Origin: Octopus bimaculoides
Taxonomy: Eukaryota
NCBI RefSeq assembly: GCF_001194135.2
Contig: NC_069005.1
Span: 33,652,669 to 33,716,641, forward strand
Length of the DNA: 63,973 bases
Reading direction: 5' to 3'
Shown here: piece by piece, positions 51,661-63,973 of the stretch
How positions within the stretch are numbered: the first letter of the stretch is position 1
Layout of the letters: every line of letters begins with the position of its first letter
Notes under the pieces: model-generated
The model's database searches: none
Seen by the model: the letters and a program-made list of their open reading frames with translations, nothing else
What the model was told of the DNA's origin: nothing
Made by a program: the position numbers and the translations under genes

Positions 51661-54514
51661 CAGTCCCTGCTAAGTATAAACATACACACATATGTAGATA
51701 TTGTACAGTATACACACATCACATACAGACACGTACGCACAGATACGTATATACAACACAAATCCCTTGCTCATCACACATCCACATAAATATATATATT
51801 TATATATATATATATATATACACAATCCTTGGTCAACATTTCCATAGCAATTCTGTGAGCATCTAAACATGCGCACCTTTTTCGTAGCTCTGAAATTTTC
51901 TGTTAAGTCCAACATCAGACAGTGCCGCTAAAAAGGTGCCCCTGTCTAGAAAAGACGATATAAGTACATTCATTCTTACAGACTCCCCAAACCCAGCACA
52001 TCCCATTCCATTCTTACCCCCCTGCTCAATCGAAAATCCCGCTTCACTTTTCACCATGTGCCACGTAGTATACGTTAAAACTGGGAGGAACAAAATGACC
52101 AGAAACATGTCCAGGACTACAAAATTAAAACCATTGATACATTCTATTTGAAACGAAAGACTCTAAACAAGGCAAGTGAAGGAAAGAGTTAAGAACTTGT
52201 ATGTGTAACGGCCTGTATGCCTCTCCCTTAACTCAAACCGTATCAAACCGCGTTAAGTAGTCATGAAATGGCTCACGTATCAATATCTTTATATAATTTG
52301 TCTTTTTTCATTTCCTCGTCTTGTCAGATCAGTGTTGTCTAAAATATATATTCTCTCACCTTTTTTTTTAATGATTTTCTCTTGACAGTTTGTACTATAA
52401 ATGTCTCCCTTGATTCCTTGTTTTCTTTAGCTAAAGTTCTGCCATTTTTGTTAACTTGTTCCCATCAGCAGATAAACTACGGTTTCGGCTCTTTGGTGCT
52501 CACGCTGGAATTTCACATTAATTCTCCGAGACTGTCACTGAACTTACAATACACAACTATTAGCCTCAAACTAGCCTCAGAATGTGTTAGAAACTGCAGC
52601 CGAATTTCCCTCAAAGTAAAATATATCTTTTAAAGAAAATCGTAAGGTAATTCTTGGTGCGCTTCTCATACACATACACACAAAATATATAAAACTATTG
52701 ACATACACACATGCATAGATACATATATACATCGATACAATACCCAAGATACACTTTCGGTTTTGCACCTATTATTGTTGGAACAACAGGATGTATAACA
52801 AACCCACCTGGAGCAAAATGTGGCTGAATTCGGGGAGAGAAAGCCACTCTTTAATACATACACTACAAATGATCACGATATCTGGGAGAAGAAAGGGCTG
52901 CAAGACCTGCATAAGATAGAAGCGTGATTAACAAAATACGATGTTTTCCTTCACAAGCAGGAAGACGTGTGCAAATTAAGTTTAAATTTAGAAAAAGAAA
53001 CAGCAAACCTACCTACATAAATACACACGCACACACACACACATGCTTGTGAGTGGGTGTGTTGAAAATTAATGTCTCTCTCTGTTGCTACTCAGAGTAT
53101 CTCACTACATTGGTCAATCCTTCAGGAATTGTAGAGAGGCATTCAATGAGTAGTGAACAAAATCGTAGTTTTGATAAGAATGAAGAATGTGTGAAAGCAC
53201 TTTAAAACGTCTACGCAGTAACGTCTTTCAAATTCACTTAGAAATTGTAACACGTGTGTGTGTGTATATATATATATACGTCAACACTCATATACATGTG
53301 TGTTTGTATACGTGTGTTTATGTTTTGCAAGACGGATATAAAGTTTTAGCGAAAACTTCGTGCATTGTCGTTCAGTATTTCAGCTATTAAGTTGACACCT
53401 TTGTGTATATAACGGATGATTAATGTTTACAAATACAGAAGCCTACACACACATACACATTCATATATACAAGTAATGCATATACATATGTACGTATATA
53501 TATATATATATATATATATGTGTGCGTGTGTGTGTGTGTGTGTGTGCATTTATATGTGTGTTTTTATGCATATATGTAAAATTTGTATATATTTTAAATA
53601 TATTTTACATGTAGTTTCAAAGTTTGCATGAATCGAAGAGAAATACAAAAATACAAAAATAAAATAAAATACATACAATGAGAATCTAATGGAAAACTTA
53701 AAAAACAAACACAATGAAATAAAATAAATAAATGTATATATACATACGTTAACGAATACAAAAAAAAATATAACATGGATATGTGAAAAGGAGGAATTTG
53801 TTGCTTGCTTGGAAGAAGAAAAGAGAAAAAATAAATCAATAGACCTTTAACTAAAACTAATGCGATTCTAGGGGAAAATGCCTGATGCGAAATGTTGATA
53901 AGAATACGGTTGAGATATCTGTCTGGAGGCATGTCAATGTAAGTGCATAGGTGATTGATAAGTTACTTACATAGAAGTCTGGCAGGAATTGTTGGAGCGG
54001 CAAAAAATAATTAAAAGAGTTAACAAAAAAAGAAAGGAAAAATATGTAATGCTTTGTGAGTGTGAAGTTGGGGTGATGGTGATGGTGGTGGTGGTGGTTG
54101 TATTAGTGGTGGTTGTGCTGGTGATTGTGTTGTTGGTGATGTCGGTGGTGGGATGTTTACGGAGAGGAGGAGCGACCAGCTATTAATTTTGAAATAATGG
54201 GGGTGTGTCTTGGGACGTTTACACACTCACGCACACGCACACAATCATTCATACATATATGTATATTACATATGCAGATTCGCAACATGCATACATACGT
54301 TTATACATAAGTATGTGCATTCATTATATACACAGTATCTTGCCATATATATATATATATATATTAGTAAATATTCTAACTTTTCAATGATGTTATACAT
54401 AATTTCATTTGTAACTTTACAGAAATAAATTATTCGTTAGATGAATGTGTACATCATGATCATCATCGCCACCAATATCGAGGAAGTCACAGTTTGGTAA
54501 ACTAATTTATTAAA

Positions 54515-54820
54515 TGGCTCTCCGTCGGTTCCGACGACGAGTTTTCCAGTTGATCCGATCAACGGAACAACCAGCTCGTGATATCAACGTGCAAGAGGCC
54601 GAGCACTCCGGAGACACGCGTTTCTTTAACGTAGTTCTCAGCGAGATTCAGTGACAAGGCTGTCGCCTTTGAATTACAGGTACTACTCATTTTTGCCGGC
54701 TGAGTGGAATGGAGCAATATCAAACAGAGTGTCTCGCTGAACGACACAACACGTCGCCGGGAACCGAATTCACGACCTTACGATTGTGAGAAGAATATAC
54801 CTAGCCACAAAGCCACGCCC
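54515..54820 (-). mobile_element. tRNA-derived SINE family C (CORE-type body), full length
   Basis: Reverse complement: GGCGTGGCTTTGTGGCTAGG head, GAATTCGGTTCCC B-box, TTGCTCCATTCCACTCAGCCGGCAAAAATGAGTAGTACC body, GATCGGATCAACTGGAAAACTCGTCGTCGGAACCGACGGAGAGCCA tail. Confidence 0.8.
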
Positions 54821-55590
54821 CTTCCCTAATTCATTTATCTATTGACTAATTATAAAGTTAATTGTTGATTAAAGAGAATCGAAATAGGATGCGTGTGAGT
54901 AGGGGTTCGGGTTCGGTACGTAAGCATAGATTATGCAAGATGAATCGGTTAGGAGGCTCAATATAGACAAAAGAGAAATCAAATTTGTGGTTTTTCTCTT
55001 TGTAATGTGTTTGGCAGTTCTTCCTGTTGTGTTTAACGTAGCTGTAATTTATATTTGTAGATTGGGGCGTGTGTGAGTGCGTGTTTGAGTTTTGTGCATA
55101 CATATATCTGTACATATGTGTGTGTGTGTGTATATATATGTGTGTGTGTGTCTATTATATGAGTGTACATATATAATATATGTAAATATATGTTTGAGCA
55201 TATATATATGTACATAATGTATATGTAAATGTCTCTCAATCTCTCCCTTCTCTCTCTCTCCCTCTCTCCATATATATATGTATATATGTATATATATATA
55301 TATTATCTACCATACACAGTTTACAAAAGACATTTATCTCTCACTAGATGGAATACTTTTTTCGTTGATCCTACCTACAACGTAACAATAAGCTGTGTAT
55401 ATAAAAGCATATGTGTGCTTCTAGATTGATATTCAAGATGGCATGGTATGATTCTGGGGGGATTTAGCTATAAGTTTTAACACGTCAACGCATCAATTTT
55501 CCCTGGCTTTGTTTTAATATTCTACCACTATATATCATTGTATTCCTATGGATCCACTTTCCTGATTTATTTAGCTGCTCTATCCACACT

Positions 55591-55659
<69 letters not shown>

Positions 55660-56023
55660 AAAAGATATATATTTATAAAACATATCTGTCGGTATATATA
55701 CACACGCACACACATCCATATAAATGTGAGAGTTTATCTTCATGTTTAAGCCAGTGTCTGCGTATACTTCGTGCCGTAACATAATCGAAAAGAGCATTTT
55801 TATATTCGTTTTTTGTGTATTCGCTTGTTTATTAATTTACGCATTATTTTTTTTTTTTGCTATTTCGTTTATTTAATTATGCATCTATTTCTTTCTTCAA
55901 AATTATTCATTATATTAATTAGTGCTTGTATATATTTAAAATATTAGCTTGTAAGAACTTAAGGTTGTGACGTAAGTCTGTATTCATCTCATACCATTCA
56001 AAGTTGTTTTGTTAAATGTCCCC

Positions 56024-56165
56024 TCAAATCCACCGTGGTCGACTTTGCCTTTCATTCCCTCGGGGTCAATAAAATAAGTACCAGTTGAGCATTGGGGGTT
56101 GATGTACTCAAACTACGCCGTCTCTCGGACTTGCTGACCTTGTAGCAAAATTTCAAATCCTTATT
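56024..56165 (+). mobile_element. SINE family A, 5'-truncated
   Basis: TCAAATCCACCGTGGTCGACTTTGCCTTTCATTCCCTCGGGGTCAATAAAATAAGTACCAGTTGAGCATTGGGG...CCTTGTAGCAAAATTTCAAATCC. Confidence 0.85.
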
Positions 56166-58887
56166 ATTACGACCTCCACCGTTTTACATGCCGCTAATAG
56201 AATATTCGTGCAGAAATACAAAAATGGTTGCACGGCGTCTTCATTTTTACAAGACGCCATTTTGTCGGTTGAGCCATAGAATAAGAAGGAATGAAACGAT
56301 TGAAGGAGTAAGTAAAGGAGTTTGCTGGTTTTGCGTAGACCCAGGTTTGAGCCAGCAGACTGAGGATCAAATGTTTTCCAGCAATGTTCAGCTATTTTTT
56401 GTTTTGCAGCATAGTCTATCTAGGAGTATGGTGTCTCGTTCATCCTTCCTTCCGAAGTGTGTTATTTGATCGAGATTTGGTTACTATTTCTTGGGCGACG
56501 AAGATTTCCTCAATTGCGGTGGGAAACTTAAAAAGAAATAAAAGAAATACGATATGAAAGAATTGGAAGAATAAAAGAAAATTAAAATTTATGAGATGAG
56601 TCAGAGAATGGTAACTGGAATAATAAGGAATAACGGTGGAGACTAGAAGAGACTTAAAGAAGATAATGGATGATGATGATGATGATGATGATAATAATAA
56701 TAATAATAACAACAGCAATGATGGTAATAATGATGATGACGATGATACTGATAATGACGATGATGATAATTATGATGATGATGATGATGATGAAGATAGT
56801 GTTGATGCTTTGAAGAAGAGTTTGAAGAATTTAAAGAAGAGGAAGAAGTAGAGGAAGAATAATTTCAAAAACTGAAGTGGAAGGGGAAGAGAAGGAGGAA
56901 AAGAAGAAATAAAAGAAGAAAGAGAGGAAGAAGAAAAAGAAGAAGAATAAGGAGGAGGAGGAGAAGAGAGAATAAGAATTTGGAGAAAAATATGAAGTAG
57001 TAGCAGTAGTAGTAGTAGTAGTAGTAAAAGAAAGCAAAATGAATGAATGAAAGAAAGTAAGAAAAGGAGAAGGCGTAGAAGAAGAGTTTTGCAGAGAATG
57101 GTGAAGATTTATAGAATGAAAGACTCGAAGAATAGCAACAATGGATGTAGGAAAGTGTTGTAATCTTTAAAGATGGAGATAAAAGAGAATTCTAGATGAA
57201 TGACATTATTCTTGTGCTTATTATTGTGATTGTTGTTGTTGATGCTGCTACTGCTGCTGCTGCTGCTGCTGATGATGATGATGATGTTTGTGTTGTTGAT
57301 ATTGTTGGACTTTGGTTGTTGTTGTTGTTGATGTTTGTTATTGTTCTTGATCTTGTCTTCTGGTTGTTGTTGGTGTTCGTCTTCCTCCTCCTCCTCCTCC
57401 TCCTCCTTCTTCTTCTTCTTCTTCTTCCTCTCCTCCGCCTCCTCCTCCTCCTTCTTCTTCTTCTTCTTCTTCTTTTTCTTCTTCTTCTTCTTCTTCTTCT
57501 TCTCCTCCTCCTCCTCCTCCTCCTTCTTCTTCTTCTTCTTCTTCTTCATCTTCTTCTTCTCCTCCTCCTCCTCCTTTTCTTCTTCTTCTTCTTCTTCTTC
57601 TTCTTCTTCTTCTTCNNNNNNNNNNNNNNNNNNNNNNNNNNNNNNNNNNNNNNNNNNNNNNNNNNNNNNNNNNNNNNNNNNNNNNNNNNNNNNNNNNNNN
57701 NNNNNNNNNNNNNNNNNNNNNNNNNNNNNNNNNNNNNNNNNNNNNNNNNNNNNNNNNNNNNNNNNNNNNNNNNNNNNNNNNNNNNNNNNNNNNNNNNNNN
57801 NNNNNNNNNNNNNNNNNNNNNNNNNNNNNNNNNNNNNNNNNNNNNNNNNNNNNNNNNNNNNNNNNNNNNNNNNNNNNNNNNNNNNNNNNNNNNNNNNNNN
57901 NNNNNNNNNNNNNNNNNNNNNNNNNNNNNNNNNNNNNNNNNNNNNNNNNNNNNNNNNNNNNNNNNNNNNNNNNNNNNNNNNNNNNNNNNNNNNNNNNNNN
58001 NNNNNNNNNNNNNNNNNNNNNNNNNNNNNNNNNNNNNNNNNNNNNNNNNNNNNNNNNNNNNNNNNNNNNNNNNNNNNNNNNNNNNNNNNNNNNNNNNNNN
58101 NNNNNNNNNNNNNNNNNNNNNNNNNNNNNNNNNNNNNNNNNNNNNNNNNNNNNNNNNNNNNNNNNNNNNNNNNNNNNNNNNNNNNNNNNNNNNNNNNNNN
58201 NNNNNNNNNNNNNNNNNNNNNNNNNNNNNNNNNNNNNNNNNNNNNNNNNNNNNNNNNNNNNNNNNNNNNNNNNNNNNNNNNNNNNNNNNNNNNNNNNNNN
58301 NNNNNNNNNNNNNNNNNNNNNNNNNNNNNNNNNNNNNNNNNNNNNNNNNNNNNNNNNNNNNNNNNNNNNNNNNNNNNNNNNNNNNNNNNNNNNNNNNNNN
58401 NNNNNNNGATGGAGGTAATGACGAATCGTAACAGTTCGGTTCCAATTTAGAATATGTCAATTCTTACAGCAGAACCACAAAACATTGTAGCCTCTTCTTT
58501 TAACGCTTCTTGAAGCCGCCCACAAAATAATTACTAAACGATATTTGCTGTCTAAATGGAAGAACGGAAATAAATGACCTCTGTAACTGAAGCTATTTCC
58601 CGACATATTCCAGGAGACGTCACAGTTCTACAAGAATAATAACCAGAATTAGTAGGCACAATGTTGGTCTCAATTTTTCATGAACCAAAAGAACGAGGTT
58701 CAATTCCCTTTTACTCTTTTTTTTTGTTGTTTCATTACCACAAGAAATATTTGGTTCAATATTCGATTTAAAGTTTAACAAGGGAAAAAAGAAATGGAAT
58801 ATTTTCTGTAATTCTTTAACCCTTTCACTGTGAGATTAAAATTCGTAGATATCCCTGTAATGATGTTAAAAAAATACACACACACAC

Positions 58888-58918
<31 letters not shown>

Positions 58919-59768
58919 ATTGGAATTTCCTGCAAGTCACGTTGTCTTAATAAACTTGACTTGTCTCAACGAAAGTAGTTTTAAATATTCCTTCACGAAA
59001 GATAGACTGGTTTATAACATTGAGTGGATATATGAGATTTCCGTTGTAAAAGGGTTTAGGTGAGAGAAACCGAATGGAGAGTTGGGGATCCTTTTAGCAA
59101 GATCACCTATAAAAAGGTGATGCCCACTTCAAACCACTAGCAGGGTAAAAAAAGAATGTTACCTTCATTCATAGACGATAATTTCGTTGAAAGTATTGTG
59201 TCAAACACAGTTCAATGAACCAATCAGCGATTTCGTTCCAAAGAGGTGTTTGTCCACTCGATTTCTGGAGGGTTCTAACTTATCTCCTGTCGCAGCTTCT
59301 AGAAGATTCTCTCTCTCTCTCACACACACATACTCTGTATTAAAAGATATCTACCGGAAAGATTATATGTAAGGTGTACGTTTGTAGAATTTTTGAGATA
59401 AAGCATCGATATGGAATATAGAGCTATGAAAGCATTAATCCTTGTATAATCAAATTTCTCATATCGTAACTTTACAAAATGGCGCTGGCTTTGAATGGCT
59501 GCAACTGTTATTATTGCAGCCCGTCTCCTGTGTTGCGACTTATTGATGCTGGTTACAGTTTTCGCCTGCAGCGGATTTAGTTGAAGACTAGTCACTAATT
59601 GAAACTATGTTGTACTACAAATAATTATCTTTAGACGTGTGATCAGTATTTCACTGTATATTGCACCAACAGCTGTAATATTTATATAGGAAGTTCGAAG
59701 TAGACGTGTATGTTACTGTATTGTATATTTCTTCATGTGATTAGTGCTTGAATATATTTTTGTAATAC

Positions 59769-60008
59769 TAGGGCAGCGAGTTAGCAAAATCGTTAGCACC
59801 TCCCACGAAATTGCTGGTCTCGTGCCAACATTTGCATCATCATCATCATCATCATCATCATCGTCGTCGTCGTCGTCAGCGAGCAAGATATTTAGCACGC
59901 TGGACAACATGCTTAGTGGCAGTCTTTCGGATTTACGTTCTGAGTTCAGATTCCGCCGATGTCGACTTTGTCTTTCGGGGGTCAATAACAGGGGTACCAG
60001 TTGAGCAC
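59769..60008 (+). mobile_element. Two SINE family A pieces separated by (CAT)n(CGT)n
   Basis: 59769-59834 is a head fused directly to the tail (internal deletion). 59880-60008 is head, B-box and body, truncated at GTACCAGTTGAGCACT. Confidence 0.8.
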
Positions 60009-60203
60009 TTCTTTCAGTTTCTGTCTACCAAATCCACTCACAAAGCTTTGGTCGCCCTGAGGCTATAGTAGAAGACACTTGCTGAAGGTGCCACACAGTG
60101 GGACTGAACCCAGGACCATGTGGTTGGTAAGCAAGCTACTTCCCACACAGCCACTCCTGCGCCTATAGCCACTCCTGCACCTATGAATCACTCCTGTACC
60201 TAT
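60009..60203 (-). mobile_element. SINE family B with a triplicated 18-19 bp 5' end
   Basis: Full family B body on the minus strand. CACTCCTGYRCCTAT units at 60149-60166, 60167-60184 and 60185-60203. Confidence 0.88.
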
Positions 60204-60854
60204 GAATATATTTTCACATTTCTCCTGAAGCTGATTCTGACATCTTCAAAAGCCACAACTCAATCAAGATGTCTAAGGAATTCTCAGAAAGACTTCGGTT
60301 AACTTTTACTTGAAAAATAAAAATTTTGAACAAAAGAAAAAAAAAAATACNNNNNNNNNNNNNNNNNNNNNNNNNNNNNNNNNNNNNNNNNNNNNNNNNN
60401 NNNNNNNNNNNNNNNNNNNNNNNNNNNNNNNNNNNNNNNNNNNNNNNNNNNNNNNNNNNNNNNNNNNNNNNNNNNNNNNNNNNNNNNNNNNNNNNNNNNN
60501 NNNNNNNNNNNNNNNNNNNNNNNNNNNNNNNNNNNNNNNNNNNNNNNNNNNNNNNNNNNNNNNNNNNNNNNNNNNNNNNNNNNNNNNNNNNNNNNNNNNN
60601 NNNNNNNNNNNNNNNNNNNNNNNNNNNNNNNNNNNNNNNNNNNNNNNNNNNNNNNNNNNNNNNNNNNNNNNNNNNNNNNNNNNNNNNNNNNNGTACCTAC
60701 TATATACACACACGTATATGTATATGTATGTGTGAGTGGGTATGTACCTTTGTTAGCATACATATGTATAAATTATATGCATATATATAATATATACATT
60801 TATGTAGGTACATGTTTTATAAAAAAATAAAAATATATTTTAATATATTACCTT

Positions 60855-60901
<47 letters not shown>

Positions 60902-60907
<6 letters not shown>

Positions 60908-60945
60908 AGTATATCGGTATATCAGTATATCAGTATATCGGTATA
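60902..60945. repeat. 8-bp tandem repeat (TATCRGTA) x ~5.5 grown from (TATC)n
   Basis: TATCAGTA TATCGGTA TATCAGTA TATCAGTA TATCGGTA TATC. Confidence 0.85.
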
Positions 60946-61216
60946 TCTATCTTTATATGCATGTATATAGATTACATACGTTCCTTCAATCAACATGTAT
61001 TCTTCGACCTCTTGGCATTTCATTAAAATCTCAGGTTTACTATTTTCCTGTCGGCATTTCTCTTAGACATGGTATACTGGCCAAAATCCGCCCTTCAGCG
61101 GATTTATTCATGCTTAAAATGCCTTTTCTTTTCGAAATAATTTCCCTACCTACTACTTAAATACGCATACACTCAGAGATGAACACATATACGCATATAT
61201 CTTTATGTACATTTAT

Positions 61217-61299
<83 letters not shown>

Positions 61300-61340
61300 T
61301 ATGTGCCGTAAAAATAAACTATATATATATGTGCTAATTT

Positions 61341-61412
<72 letters not shown>

Positions 61413-63046
61413 CACTAAAATTCGATTAGAGCTCAGAATACGGCAGCGAAAGTTTATTTTACCAGAAGCAGATCAAATGAATTAGTTGACAGGAAAAATA
61501 CAAGGACGAAAATGATACAGTAAATATTTCGAAGCGTGCTTGCGGGAAGTTATTAATTCAAATCTTTAATATAATAGAAGTCAGTGAATAAAATGAAAAG
61601 TTTCTCGGTTAAACACAAGCTACATCAATTCTTTGAACGGGACTAAAACATCATCGCGCTGCTTTGTTACATAGATTTAAGAATCACTGTTGATACCGAC
61701 TTTAGAAGAGTTATTTCTTTTTAGATATTACTTTAAACGTGGACACAAAGTCTGCTCTTATCGAACACCTAATGAGAAATTATGTTATATCAATATGATT
61801 TGAACTCAACTGCGAATTATTCAACGAAATTTAATTTCTAATTTTATTAAACCTATCTCTTCACTATCCTCGGATGAAGACACATTTTAGTACTTATCAT
61901 AATACGGCTTTATAAAATAGCGGCGTTTCAGAGAAAATACAATACATGGCCACTCAATCTATCAAAGCGTAAGAATAGATCTAGAAATATCCTGTCGTAT
62001 AATACAAAATATTAGAAAGAATTTCTAAATTTAATTTCTTTTCACTTCACGATAGAAGCGAAGCTGAAGGTAATTATTCTAACTGTAAGAATTTTGTTTG
62101 TTCAATCAATCGCTTCAATGCCGAAACACTCTGCAAGAACAATCATTTAAAATCTCTTTGTGCCTGTAATTGTATTGCTTCGGACAACTGTCCACTTAAT
62201 GTTGTCTTTCGAAATCATTGGTGAATTACGTTAAGGTAGATAGAGTGATGATCGTACTCTGTTTAAGAATTACATGGGATTTACTGAGAAACATTTCAAA
62301 TTACGTTATTACCAACATAGATACTCCTTCAAACATCCGGAGAAAACTTATTCTATAAGTTGGTCCAAGAACATTTGGTCCTTGAAAGAATTCACTCATG
62401 GCGCTTTTTACAGGACGGGAACACACAAAGTTTGTTCTTCTTCGAAATTTGTTTTGTTACTACATTTAACTGAGAAACTTTTCAATTTTCGTTGCCGAGA
62501 CTCACAGGCGTTTGAGGATTGGTCTCAACCACTAAGTATGTATAAACACACTCCTAAATATCTATGTTGTAATTTTCTTCCTTGTCTCCCTCCAAACATC
62601 AAATTTATTTGATCTTCTGGCAAAATGATTTTTCTCCCCAGCCATATTCTCATATTTACTCGACTCACCACGCTGCATTTGTTAATAAAGTCTTGACACG
62701 TTTGACTTATTTTCCTTACACTGGCTGGCTAAATAGTATATCCGCATATTACATTCTGCCGATCATTTTAAAAATATATATTCTAAAAATCTCCTTCACT
62801 CCATTCTTAACAACTTCTTTGTAAACTTTTTTTTTATATTCATATTCGTAAAGTGAAACAATGTCCTTTTATTAACGCCATTTTGCACATATCGTTGTAT
62901 TGAATTTTCTTATTTTTCAATATTCCTATTTTCAATTATTTTCCCTGTTTTCTTTTCCCAACACCATAACCACATACTCACACATTTTGTTCACATTTTA
63001 TATTTTGTATTTCTTGTATTTACTTGTGTATAAGGGTTATATGATC

Positions 63047-63090
63047 AACCAATCAGAACATTTTGCTCCAATAATATTAACCAATGGGAG
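63047..63090 (+). promoter_or_regulatory. Cluster of three CCAAT boxes in the PLE terminal region
   Basis: CCAAT at 63049 (AACCAATCAG, a good NF-Y match), 63068 and 63081, all 65-100 nt upstream of the hammerhead core. Function is inferred. Confidence 0.4.
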
Positions 63091-63142
63091 TTTGTCCAAA
63101 TATTCAGATAATTATACTTCATTTCCTCAAAACATTTAATAT

Positions 63143-63196
63143 TTTCATCCGAAGATCGATCAGGACCGACAAAACAAGAAACTCAGAGTTATGAAG
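63143..63196 (+). ncRNA. Degenerate type I hammerhead at the 3' end of the Penelope-like element
   Basis: Helix I UUCAU 63144-63148 / AUGAA 63191-63195; core CCGAAGA 63149-63155 (U4 to C); GAAA 63178-63181; helix III ACUC-A-GAGU; GUU triplet with U at 63190. Helix II is poorly paired. Confidence 0.7.
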
Positions 63197-63241
63197 TTTC
63201 TGCTTCAAAAACTATGTATGTATGTATGTATACAAACATAT

Positions 63242-63303
<62 letters not shown>

Positions 63304-63827
63304 ATGTGTGTATGTATTTATATTGTGTGTGTATGCATGTGTCGTTATTTTATAACAAGTGTACGCATGTATAATACTCTGTTTCTCAGTCGTCTCACAC
63401 ATATATACATATATTATAAATACATACATACATATATATATGTGTAAATATATATACATAAATGTATATTTATATGTCTATTCATATGTATATATATATA
63501 TATATCTGTCTATATGTATACACATATATTCTGTAGGCAATTTTAAATTGAAATAGAGTTCTTTCTTTGTTTTTCTCTCTCACTCTCTTCTCTGTCTGTT
63601 TATCTCTTTCTCTCTCTCCCTCCTCTCTCTCTCTCACACACATACATCGACTCTCATTTGTCTGTCGAGCTTGTTTCATATTTTAATTTATCAATCTGTT
63701 TGTGGACCGGCCTAAACACATACTAATGTGTGTAATACATTTAAACACTCGCGCACGCACCACATACTGGCACATTCATACCTACACACACATAAATATA
63801 TACACACATAAAGATGTGGACATATAT

Positions 63828-63859
<32 letters not shown>

Positions 63860-63973
63860 CTGCGTGTGCGTTTATTGATACGTTTATATGCATCGATATA
63901 TGTACACAGATGTACACCCCTATATACATACATGCATACATACATAACGTATGCTTACATACCAACACACACA

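Larger units (their letters stand above)
61635..63200 (+). mobile_element. Decayed Penelope-like element: RT C-terminus, linker, GIY-YIG and 3' terminal (pLTR-like) region
   Basis: Broken frames give IDLRITVDTDFRRVISF/LDITLN, YRTPNEKLCYIN, ISSLSSDEDTF, KRKNRSRNIL, KEFLNLI, CACNCIASDNCPLN, NYMGFTEKHFKLRYYQHRYSFKHPEK...SKNIWSLKE and LTEKL. About 600 nt of T-rich non-coding sequence follow, ending in a hammerhead and then (TATG)/(TA)n. Confidence 0.88.

Noticed and set aside
51863-52108. Minus-strand WDVLGL string resembling an RTE endonuclease motif
   Set aside because: It is a single short motif among multiple stops.
52808-52862. Possible 55-nt minus-strand exon (VCIKEWLSLPEFSHILLQ)
   Set aside because: Weak acceptor, GTGGGT donor, unrecognised peptide and no partner exons.
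56188-56469. 93-aa ORF with an internal GTAAGT...TTTTGCAG intron-like segment
   Set aside because: Neither the spliced nor the unspliced product resembles a known protein, and it starts beside a SINE tail.

Overview
This is a eukaryotic, AT-rich, microsatellite-saturated draft-assembly window with about 27 N-gaps totalling roughly 9 kb. The SINE families and repeat landscape look like Octopus (recognised from memory, not searched). I found no intact protein-coding gene, rRNA, tRNA gene or CRISPR array, and almost every ORF in the supplied track is a microsatellite or N-gap artefact. Mobile elements identified: (i) decayed R4/Dong-type and related restriction-like-endonuclease non-LTR retrotransposon fragments, mostly next to (TAA)n; (ii) two decayed Penelope-like (PLE) fragments, one RT plus GIY-YIG and one GIY-YIG; (iii) an internally deleted mariner; (iv) a hAT MITE with a perfect 8-bp TSD; (v) a short LTR-integrase relic; (vi) three tRNA-derived SINE families. 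The main signal not explained by the ORF track is six minimal type I hammerhead-ribozyme motifs from several unrelated sequence families, at 6.6, 19.9, 23.6, 24.1, 49.4 and 63.1 kb. Five have a short palindromic or near-palindromic helix III (degenerate in the sixth) and all lie next to microsatellites. Two have complete catalytic cores, one caps the Penelope ORF, and one runs into an assembly gap exactly where its CUGANGA core is predicted. All folds were done by eye and none is tested.
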